NCBI GenBank assembly: GCA_963666285.1
Contig: OY762711.1
Direction: 5' to 3' (one strand)
DNA: 64,000 nt
Source of the DNA: Sedimentisphaerales bacterium
GTDB taxonomy: Bacteria; Planctomycetota; Phycisphaerae; Sedimentisphaerales; SM23-30
Every line of letters starts with the position of its first letter. Within the stretch, counting starts at the first letter, position 1. This document shows, in pieces, positions 1 through 8,515 of this stretch. The translations under genes and the position numbers were made by a program. Under the pieces are notes generated by a model. It did not search any database. It worked only from the letters and a program-made list of their open reading frames with translations, and had not been told where the DNA came from.

Positions 1-1
1 C

Positions 2-2743
2 GAAGACGGAAAAGTCATACATGAAGAACTCGAGCTGGGCGTTTATAAAGTTGAAGAAGGAAAATATGATATAAAACAGAACGCCATTATTATCTGCGGC
101 AGCAAGGGTGAAGAATATGCAATTTGCAAGATAGACAAAATCGGGAAACTAATTGTTGCCCAAAAAGCATATTCAATATCAACCAGATATAATAAAATCA
201 TGTCAACAACAGACATATCTACCAAAACAATGAAGCAATGGTTCAGCTTGCGGTCTGTAGTACCATTTTTAGGTAAATGGTATCTGTTTAATCATATCAT
301 AGTAGATAACATTGGAAATAATTCATCTCTGGTTAAAAGTGCAGAGTGTAAGTTTAATAATGACTCGACTTTTGATATTACATTAGACGATGGAACAGGA
401 CAGGATGCGATTTCTGGTTTTCAGTGTAACTTCAAAGACGGTAAAATTAATATTTTGATGGGCAATTCCATCTTTGGTGTATGCCGTATCGATGACGGCG
501 ACCTGATAATCGAACAGCCAAACCTTGGAACGCGAATGATATTTAAACGAGAGAAGCCATCAGATAAAAAAGAACTGACAGAGGCGGATAAGGGAGAGAT
601 AAAGGCGTTGGTGCTAAAGTTCTGGCGAAAGATACGAGAGAAGGACATGGATGCCCTGATAAGCATGCATATTATCGAAAGTAACGAGCATCGAGAGCAG
701 CTGGAGAAATATCTGGGGATGATATTGGACGATATTAGACCGGGCGATCCGGGGTATCCGAGTGAAGAGAATTTGCGGATAGTTGATGTTTTTGCCGAAA
801 ATGATTATTTTGCGGCTACATTACTGCAAAAGGTATCCGATGAATGGATAGTGAGGGATATCCTGGTGAAAGAAGAGGCCGGCGAGTATAAGATGAATAT
901 GATGACGCCTGATTACCTGGAACAGATGTTGGTAGTCAAGACAGCAAGCGGAGAAAAAATCGCAGAAAAGATAAAAGAGAAGAATATCGAGATATGGGAG
1001 AGGTTTGATGACAAAAAGCTGAACGAGGTATATAACAGTTTAATAGCCGGCCAGGAAAGAGGGATAATCGCGGCGAAATATGCGAAGGAAAACGGGATGA
1101 AGCTGGTGAGTGTGTTTACTGAAGAAGTGATACGTAAGCGGCTGGAAAAGCTGAAGGCATTGACTCCGGAAGAGCTGAAGCGGGAGATATTGAGTGGAAG
1201 TGACCCGATGAACATTAAAGTTGAAGAACAGGAAAGCGGTAGAGAAGAAAAAGAAAGGCTTAAAGCTGAAAAGCCATCTGCGGAAAGTGGTTTTGGGCCG
1301 GTGGATTTTGAAGGGTTTTACCCGGATAGTGAAGATGGCGGCAGGAAACTGGATGAATTGATGGCGGCGAAAGATCGCGAGCTGCGGGCTGCGGACGAGA
1401 TAATAGAGACGGTACGAAACGGGCTGCGGCGGTATAGCGGCCGGGAAAATGTGCTGCGGTGGATTGGCAATATGTTTATCTGGGGTAAGGAGCCGCAGAA
1501 TATAAAGGCGATTGAGCTGATGTACCATGCAAGCGAATCGAAGGATTTCGGGACGGCGGTTTATTTCGGGCTGTCGGTGGTAGATGATATGACAGCTGAG
1601 ATAATCGCGGCAATGGGCGAGGTGGCGATGGAGACGGACGATTATCATAACCAGATCGGTCGGATACACTGGGGTTGTAAGAATCGCGGCAAGGTGGATG
1701 AGCTGACAGAGTATATAAAGCAGTATCTCAGAGATGAAGACCCGGCAAAACGGGAAAAGGCAAAGGATCTGATAGATTATTTTGCTGACAGTAAGGCGTT
1801 TATGGCAAAGAAAGCGGAAGAATATAAAAAAGAGATGGAGCAGAAATATGCCGGGCGGAAGGATGAGTTTAAGGAAAGATTGCTGACGGGCAGCTCTAAA
1901 GAGCGTATGTCGGTGCTGAAAGAGGAAGGCTTATTTACTATACTGGATGAATCGTTTATCGACGGGCTGGCGGCGTGTCTGAAAGACAAGGACGACGATG
2001 TTCGCAACCAGGCGGCGCGGATACTGGGCAATAAATTCGTATGGAGCGGTAAGGAACAGAATGAGCGGGTGATCGAGCTGCTGACCGCCCTGCTGGATGA
2101 TCCATCGCGTGAGGTTCGGTATACGGCGAATTATTTTGGCTTGTCGACGGTGAGCAAGCCGAGTGAAAAGCTGGTTGGGAAAATGCTGGAGACGGTGCTG
2201 GATGACCGGGAGATCAATTATTACGGGCGTGCAATTGGCGGAGTGCGTCGGAACAGTAAGTCGAGCGATGAGATTTTGAAGGGCTGGATGGAAGCCGGGG
2301 GTGAAAAAGCGGTAAAGGCATATGAGATATACGAGGATGTTTTGGGCAAACCGCTACCGAAAGAATATGCGGAGCGTTATGCCGGGCAGAAGTCTGATGT
2401 GCATGCCGGAGCGGCGGCGATGATATTCAGACTTGAACCGATTGGCAAGGAAGAATTGAGTCAGACTGTCTTGAGCTGTCTGAATGATAATAACCTGTTG
2501 GGGAAAGCGAGCGAGCTGTATATCATTGAGAAGCGTGAATCGGCGGTTGGAGTGGTAATATGTGAGAACCTGGCCGACAGAAACGCGGTGCGAGATGCGC
2601 TGGCGAAGAAAGGTTTGACAACACAGGGCTATGTGCATGGGATGATAGGCGTTGTCGGCAGCGGCTGGATGGAGCAGGGTAATCTTGACAAGATCAGGGA
2701 ACAATACAAACAAGATAAAGTAAGAATAAACAATGTGCGGTAA
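2..2743 (+). CDS. Large HEAT/PBS-repeat-containing protein, 5'-truncated by the window edge
   Basis: The frame of the 847-aa ORF (200..2743) is open from position 2 (EDGKVIHEELELG...), so the true start lies upstream of the window. HEAT-like units: LKDKDDDVRNQAARILG, LLDDPSREVRYTA, LRDEDPAKREKA. Confidence 0.75.
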   Translation, partial: EDGKVIHEELELGVYKVEEGKYDIKQNAIIICGSKGEEYAICKIDKIGKLIVAQKAYSISTRYNKIMSTTDISTKTMKQWFSLRSVVPFLGKWYLFNHIIVDNIGNNSSLVKSAECKFNNDSTFDITLDDGTGQDAISGFQCNFKDGKINILMGNSIFGVCRIDDGDLIIEQPNLGTRMIFKREKPSDKKELTEADKGEIKALVLKFWRKIREKDMDALISMHIIESNEHREQLEKYLGMILDDIRPGDPGYPSEENLRIVDVFAENDYFAATLLQKVSDEWIVRDILVKEEAGEYKMNMMTPDYLEQMLVVKTASGEKIAEKIKEKNIEIWERFDDKKLNEVYNSLIAGQERGIIAAKYAKENGMKLVSVFTEEVIRKRLEKLKALTPEELKREILSGSDPMNIKVEEQESGREEKERLKAEKPSAESGFGPVDFEGFYPDSEDGGRKLDELMAAKDRELRAADEIIETVRNGLRRYSGRENVLRWIGNMFIWGKEPQNIKAIELMYHASESKDFGTAVYFGLSVVDDMTAEIIAAMGEVAMETDDYHNQIGRIHWGCKNRGKVDELTEYIKQYLRDEDPAKREKAKDLIDYFADSKAFMAKKAEEYKKEMEQKYAGRKDEFKERLLTGSSKERMSVLKEEGLFTILDESFIDGLAACLKDKDDDVRNQAARILGNKFVWSGKEQNERVIELLTALLDDPSREVRYTANYFGLSTVSKPSEKLVGKMLETVLDDREINYYGRAIGGVRRNSKSSDEILKGWMEAGGEKAVKAYEIYEDVLGKPLPKEYAERYAGQKSDVHAGAAAMIFRLEPIGKEELSQTVLSCLNDNNLLGKASELYIIEKRESAVGVVICENLADRNAVRDALAKKGLTTQGYVHGMIGVVGSGWMEQGNLDKIREQYKQDKVRINNVR

Positions 2744-2789
2744 CAGGTGCCAGGGAAGGAAAGCCGCGAAGCGGTAAACAAATCAATAA

Positions 2790-2879
2790 CTCAAACTGAC
2801 CGATGGTCAGTTTGAGAGGTATTAGTTATTAGTTATTTGGTATTAGGGAAGGTTTGCCGCAAAGCGGCAGGCTAATTAA
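2790..2879 (+). repeat. Composite intergenic repeat, copy 1 (12-bp hairpin + 4 heptamers + GGAAGG + GC mini-hairpin + AGGCTAATTAA)
   Basis: CTCAAACTGACC-GAT-GGTCAGTTTGAG, then GTATTAG TTATTAG TTATTTG GTATTAG, GGAAGG, TGCCGC-AAA-GCGGCA, GGCTAATTAA. Homologous to 14462-14539 and 19162-19220. A partial extra unit (GGAAGG-AAA-GCCGC-GAA-GCGGT) lies at ~2753-2775. Confidence 0.8.
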
Positions 2880-3055
2880 ATCATTAATGTAACAATTTGC
2901 ATTGAATTATGTTACCGCAATAAAAAATGTAAAATCGGTCACTTTGAGTCAATAAAAATAATCCGGGAAATTTAGCTGGAAATCGGTTATAAAGGAACCA
3001 TGTGCTTGTGTTGGGCATTGTTTTTTGACATTAGCAAAAAAAGGAATGCAAAGTT

Positions 3056-3199
3056 ATGACTCGGCTTATTACTATAATAATATCATTTTCATTATTCTGG
3101 ATATGCAGTTGCAGCAATAGGCAAGATAGCAGTTCGGTTGATATTCGAAGTCTGAATTCAGAAAATAAGCGGGCAGACAACGGAAGAGATAAAGTATAA
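3056..3199 (+). CDS. Putative 47-aa small lipoprotein or 5' remnant of a lipoprotein gene
   Basis: AAGGA upstream. Translates to MTRLITIIISFSLFWICSCSNRQDSSSVDIRSLNSENKRADNGRDKV: basic N-terminus, hydrophobic core, lipobox-like ICSC. Below the ORF-track length cut-off. Confidence 0.4.
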   Translation: MTRLITIIISFSLFWICSCSNRQDSSSVDIRSLNSENKRADNGRDKV

Positions 3200-3291
3200 G
3201 TATGGATATAAATACTTATGACCGGCGATTGGGTGCAGATCGAAAAAATAATCGGAACAGAAAATATAAAGGCACACTGAAAATTGAAGTG

Positions 3292-3807
3292 TTAGATAGT
3301 ATCTTTTGCGTTTACCGGTTTAAAAATCTCAATGCCGGTGAGTGTCATGCAAGCAATAATGGCATAGAACATGCCAATTACCATAGTTGCGAGCCACGGT
3401 CCGCACCATGACGGGTCGGTATTGCGTGTAAGTACGAGCATGCCGGAGAAATATGGTATAAGCCCAATGGCAAGGCAGGCAAGACCGGTAGTATGAAGCG
3501 AAAATCTCTTTTTGTGACGCATGAGATAGTATATGTATGCCATTACAGGTACGGTCAGTAAAAATGCACGGAAGTCAACCATTATATACATATAATGAAA
3601 CGGAATAATGGCAGGAAAATTCATCCAGAACTCAGTTGAGGTAAATACATGCAGAATGTGCCCTTCTGTGAGTAAATCCAAGTCGATATCGATAACGCGT
3701 CCCATATTCATCAACAGGTATATAAACGATAATATCGCAGTTGAAGCTGCCAGACAGACGAAAAAGATCGAATAATTCAGTATTTTTTGTATTATCCCTT
3801 TAACCAT
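3292..3807 (-). CDS. Hypothetical integral membrane protein (about 4 TM segments)
   Basis: 171-aa ORF with several long hydrophobic stretches; no recognisable family motif. Confidence 0.65.
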   Translation of the reverse strand: MVKGIIQKILNYSIFFVCLAASTAILSFIYLLMNMGRVIDIDLDLLTEGHILHVFTSTEFWMNFPAIIPFHYMYIMVDFRAFLLTVPVMAYIYYLMRHKKRFSLHTTGLACLAIGLIPYFSGMLVLTRNTDPSWCGPWLATMVIGMFYAIIACMTLTGIEIFKPVNAKDTI

Positions 3808-4220
3808 AATATTTTACCTCAATACATAGTAACCATTTATACGGTTACAGTAATAAGAAACGAGTAAACAGGAAGCTGAGGTAAATATACGATTTAAAAG
3901 GACAAAAAGCAATATATGCCGGGAGGATATGATTTCCATGGTAATTACAGTAATAATATGATATAAGATATATGGCAACCTCTTAAAATTCATTTCGAGC
4001 GACAAGTTTATCTTTTGCTTGCTGACATGCGTCACATAAAACAGTGAATATAGCTCAATATGCACGATTTTTATATTCCTTGTCAGCAACCAAAATCTTA
4101 AACTATCGCATCAAAAGCAATATCCAGAGGTCACCATAAGGCTATCTAAAATAGATTCATTCAGTTTTTAATCTGTAAACAAACTAACTGTATAATATTA
4201 ATCTTAAATAGAGGACAGTC

Positions 4221-7200
4221 ATGTTAAAGTCAATTAAAGTATTGTTATGTTTATCTTTCACATTGTTAAATTTAACGAATTCTGCCAGTAGTAATGAAGC
4301 CAGATTTAACAGTTTCGAGTTCCGTTATTATTCTCAATCTGAAAAAGCAAACGGCGAAACTGATTTTAAAGGTAAAACAGAAGTATTTGACACAAATGCC
4401 CGGATAGATTTTTTGAATGCCTATACCGATTACGCATCAAAATATTTCAACGTGCCTAACCTGGATGCAAAAGCTGTATATGAGGAGCAAATATCAGATG
4501 TCATTAAAGGTATAAAGGCTCAGCCGCTGTCCGAAGTGCGCCGGACAATAAAACTGGAAGACTGGAAAGCACTGGGCTATCGTACAGGTCAGGAAGAAAC
4601 GGAAAAAGCGGTAATTGCTTTATGGGAAAAATACCCCAATGCCCAGGCAGCAGATAATCACCTGACAGTTAGTGCCGGGCGTATTGACCATAAGCTGGAC
4701 ACAGGGATGAACTGGCGATTCAAATTCAGATGGCAAGCCGGAATAGAGAAAAATAATAATACATCATTCTGTCTATCCGGTTCAGGGAAAAACATATTAG
4801 AAGTCGGCTTCGATAAAAACGGCAGTATATATATCAGGAAAGCTTCAGAAAAAACCAATATACAGTCTTACAAAACAGGAAATAATATAGAGTTTACAAT
4901 TGAAGGAGACCTGGAGAATAATTTTTACAACCTTTACCTGGATGGCAAACTTGTATTATATGCCGAACCAATGCTGGAAAAAGCAATTGAAGCAGTTGAC
5001 ACATTTTCAATTGCTACAGACGATAAAGTGATGATCGATAAGATATTTGGATATGACTATGTCAGAGATATGAAGAATAATCGGGTGCCCTACTCTCCGC
5101 GGCTGGTTATCAATAATTATTTCAGTATCAAGCCATCAATTGACCAATGGCAGGAATCGGGCTATAACGATGATAGATGGCAGTCGACGACATTGCCAGC
5201 GGTACACGGCGGATTTTACGGTAAAGAGGAAGATCTTTACCTGCGGAAAAAGATTCGTATAGGCGACTACGAGAAAGCAATATTGTCATTTGAGACAATT
5301 GACCCGGGCGGAGTAGTCTATATTAATAATAAAAAGGCAGCGACCATCAATAACCGGCTGCCGGTGAGTATCGATGCAACGCCCTACCTTAAAAAGAATG
5401 CGCAGAACCAGATAGCGGTAAAGGTGAACAGTTTCAGACTGAACAATCCTATGCTGCACTCATGTGCCGACAGGTATATAGGCTGGTTTGCGGGCAGATG
5501 CAAACTGGAGCTTACCTCAGCAGTTAATATCGATAAAATACTGATTCATACGGAAATACTTGATGGAAGCAAAGCAACACAAAGACATAAGGTAGCATTA
5601 GAAAATAGTACCGACCAGGAATTTACCGGGAAATTAGAAATATGCTACCGACCCTGGTATCCTGAGGAAGGAGCTGAACAGCTCAAGCAGATATTCGAGA
5701 TTAGAATACCAGCTCACCAGAGTATTGTACAGGAACATGATACGACTTTGAATAATGCTTCGTTATGGACATTTAAGACACCGAATCTCTACAAGGTACA
5801 AGTACTATTGAAAAACGATAAGGGTCAGCCAGTAGATGATATTGCAGCAACAACCGGCATACGAACAGTCAGCCAGGAAGGTGGTACGTTCCGGATTAAC
5901 AGCAAAGAAGAGATACTCAATGGAGTCCAGAATATGGGCTTTCGTATGCCATTTGAGGACCTGGCAAAAAATAACCGCTGCGCCCCGCTGGAAGTCCTGG
6001 TGGAAGAACTGCTAATGGCGAAAAATTGCGGGTCAAATGCCTTTCGAGTACACGTGCATGCGGCATTGAATACAGCAGACGGCATTAATGACCCAAGAAT
6101 AGCCGAGCTATGCGATCAGCTTGGCATTATGCTGATATGGCAGACCGGGGCATGGATACGTGAAGGCAGCTGGGAAGGAATCGACCTGGAAGGGCTGCCA
6201 CATTATATGGAGCAGGTTTATAATCATCCATCTATCGTAGTCTGGGAGCTGAGCAACCATCCCAATAAGTTCAAGCCAGAACCAGTGAGTAATTCATTTG
6301 ATTTTGTCAGAAAGACAATACAGGCAGCAACAGCGGTAGATACCAGCAGGTTGATATCCCCTACAACATTCTGGCAGCATACGCATATTAAAAATGATGC
6401 CGGTACCAGGGACATTCACGGCAACGATATAACAGCTCCAAGTGAATATACCCACCCATTGTGTACACGCGGCACACAGGATTCCTTAACGGGCTATGGT
6501 TTCGACTGGTATAAAGTGAGGAACTGGCCTTCAGGCTGGTCAAAAGACTGCCTGGATAACGGTCAGCGAGCGTATTTCAACTGGGAGCATGAAGAATCCA
6601 TCGCCCAGCCAAACTGGACACTATGCAAGGGTAAACCATGGTACCAGATGCAATCTTATGAATGGGACTATGACAACGGCAGTATCGGTAAAAAACTTGA
6701 TGCCGATCAATGGCGGGCCAGCCAGGGTTTCCAGGCTTTTAGCGCATATGAAGCAATGAAGAAGCAGCGTATGTTCGGCGTGTCGGGTTTTTCATGGTGC
6801 TGTCTGCATGGCGGAGCAAACTCAGGCACATATAAGAAACCTTTGATAGACTGCCTGGGCTATCCCAAACTTGCCTGGTACATACATAAATTCATATATC
6901 AGCGGGTACTGGCCGGAAGTGATAATGTAGATGTGGTTTACGGGCCGGACGATACGGTTACGCCGGTAATTCTAAACTTTGATGATGCCAAAGTAGTCGG
7001 ACTTACAATAAAGGTTCGCAACCAGAAGAACCAGGTAGTAAAGGAATTAAGCTATCCCGGAATTACGCTTGGAGAAGGTCGCAGTGTAACGAAACTGGAA
7101 CCGGTAAAGATTGACTTCCCCGGGGAAGGGTATTATGCCATAGAGTACATAGTAGAGCGGCAGGATGGTAAAGATATTTCCATGACAGCTGATTTTAAGG

Positions 7201-8387
7201 AATGGTCAGAGAAATCCCAAATAATGTTTCCGGTCAAACCAATAACATCAGGTCCTTTGCATCACTGGTTCGGCTATTATGACAAATTTCAAACAGACCC
7301 TTCCGACCGGTATGTACTGTCAATGGAAGTGGACTTTGAACATCGGACCCCTACCGAGAATGATAAGATCAAAATCGGGATGATCGACCTGAACAATAAT
7401 AACAAATGGACCGAACTGGGCAGCAGCAAAGCCTGGAACTGGCAGCAAGGGTGTATGCTGCAATGGCGGCCCGGCACAAATGAAGTGTTGTGGAATGATC
7501 GGGAGCAGGGTAAATATGTATGCCGGATCGTGAACGTGCGGACAATGGAAAAAAGAACGATCCCATACCCGATTTATACACTGAGCCCGGACGGTAAGTT
7601 TGCCTTGTCAACAGATTTCGAGCGAATACAGGATTGCAGGGCCGGTTACGGATATCCTGGAATCAGCGACAGGAACAATAAAGTGCTTGCCCCGGAAGAT
7701 GCGGGCATATATAAGATATCGCTGGACGACGGCAGCAGAAAGCAGATAGTATCAATAAAAGAGATAGCGGATATCCCCTATCCTGTTGAAAAATTATCAG
7801 GCTATAAACATTACTTCAACCACCTGGATATTAATACAGATGGAACTCGATTTGTATTTCTAAATAGATGGGTAAAACCAGGCGAAGGCAGACGTATATC
7901 ACCGTTGGGTACCCGTATGCTGACGGCTTCGGTTGACGGCGGTGAGATTCATGTGCTGAATGATTCCAAAATGACTTCGCATTTCTGGTGGAAAAACGCA
8001 AAACAATGCCTGGCATATGCCAACAGGCCGGAATCCGGCAATCACTTTTACCTGTTTGATGATGTGGTTGAAAAAAGCTATTCGATAGAAGGCAAGGAAG
8101 TATTTAACACAGACGGGCATTGCAGTTACCTGCAGAACACCGACTGGATAATGAATGATACTTACCCGGATGGAAACAGACAGATCACTTTATACCTGTA
8201 TAATACGAAAACGAAACAGAAAATCGTACTGGGTAAGTTTTTTGTGGATAAGAAATACCAGGGCGAATGGCGGGTTGATCTGCATCCGAGACAGAGCCGG
8301 GACGGTAAGAAGATTTTCGTGGACTGCCCGATAGGGAAAGAAGGCCGACAAATACTAATGGTGGATATCAGTGAATTGGACCTGTAG
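4221..8387 (+). CDS. Secreted GH2-like glycoside hydrolase fused to a C-terminal beta-propeller (TolB/oligogalacturonate-lyase-like) domain
   Basis: GAGG RBS and signal peptide. GH2 hallmarks: LWTFKTPNLY, TTGIRTV, GSNAFRVH, ELCDQLGIMLI, NHPSIVVWELSN. The last ~400 aa carry HHWFGYYDK, WNWQQGCMLQW, DGHCSY, DLHPR. Confidence 0.8.
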   Translation: MLKSIKVLLCLSFTLLNLTNSASSNEARFNSFEFRYYSQSEKANGETDFKGKTEVFDTNARIDFLNAYTDYASKYFNVPNLDAKAVYEEQISDVIKGIKAQPLSEVRRTIKLEDWKALGYRTGQEETEKAVIALWEKYPNAQAADNHLTVSAGRIDHKLDTGMNWRFKFRWQAGIEKNNNTSFCLSGSGKNILEVGFDKNGSIYIRKASEKTNIQSYKTGNNIEFTIEGDLENNFYNLYLDGKLVLYAEPMLEKAIEAVDTFSIATDDKVMIDKIFGYDYVRDMKNNRVPYSPRLVINNYFSIKPSIDQWQESGYNDDRWQSTTLPAVHGGFYGKEEDLYLRKKIRIGDYEKAILSFETIDPGGVVYINNKKAATINNRLPVSIDATPYLKKNAQNQIAVKVNSFRLNNPMLHSCADRYIGWFAGRCKLELTSAVNIDKILIHTEILDGSKATQRHKVALENSTDQEFTGKLEICYRPWYPEEGAEQLKQIFEIRIPAHQSIVQEHDTTLNNASLWTFKTPNLYKVQVLLKNDKGQPVDDIAATTGIRTVSQEGGTFRINSKEEILNGVQNMGFRMPFEDLAKNNRCAPLEVLVEELLMAKNCGSNAFRVHVHAALNTADGINDPRIAELCDQLGIMLIWQTGAWIREGSWEGIDLEGLPHYMEQVYNHPSIVVWELSNHPNKFKPEPVSNSFDFVRKTIQAATAVDTSRLISPTTFWQHTHIKNDAGTRDIHGNDITAPSEYTHPLCTRGTQDSLTGYGFDWYKVRNWPSGWSKDCLDNGQRAYFNWEHEESIAQPNWTLCKGKPWYQMQSYEWDYDNGSIGKKLDADQWRASQGFQAFSAYEAMKKQRMFGVSGFSWCCLHGGANSGTYKKPLIDCLGYPKLAWYIHKFIYQRVLAGSDNVDVVYGPDDTVTPVILNFDDAKVVGLTIKVRNQKNQVVKELSYPGITLGEGRSVTKLEPVKIDFPGEGYYAIEYIVERQDGKDISMTADFKEWSEKSQIMFPVKPITSGPLHHWFGYYDKFQTDPSDRYVLSMEVDFEHRTPTENDKIKIGMIDLNNNNKWTELGSSKAWNWQQGCMLQWRPGTNEVLWNDREQGKYVCRIVNVRTMEKRTIPYPIYTLSPDGKFALSTDFERIQDCRAGYGYPGISDRNNKVLAPEDAGIYKISLDDGSRKQIVSIKEIADIPYPVEKLSGYKHYFNHLDINTDGTRFVFLNRWVKPGEGRRISPLGTRMLTASVDGGEIHVLNDSKMTSHFWWKNAKQCLAYANRPESGNHFYLFDDVVEKSYSIEGKEVFNTDGHCSYLQNTDWIMNDTYPDGNRQITLYLYNTKTKQKIVLGKFFVDKKYQGEWRVDLHPRQSRDGKKIFVDCPIGKEGRQILMVDISELDL

Positions 8388-8424
8388 AAATGGATTATGC
8401 AGGAAGCGTACCAATTGACGTAAG

Positions 8425-8456
8425 AAAAAAGCCTGTATCCAGATGATACAGGCTTT
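8425..8456. terminator. Intrinsic terminator between convergent genes
   Basis: AAAGCCTGTATC-CAGAT-GATACAGGCTTT; the 5' A-run gives a U-tract on the minus strand. Confidence 0.8.
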
Positions 8457-8515
8457 GGGGATTTATAATTGTCTTCGGCGAAGGATAAAATCACAAGCGA
8501 GGAGCTTGTACTATT

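Noticed and set aside
3814..4089. 91-aa minus-strand ORF, and the 85-aa ORF at 12711-12968
   Set aside because: AT-rich intergenic/promoter regions with no RBS or family motif; likely spurious.
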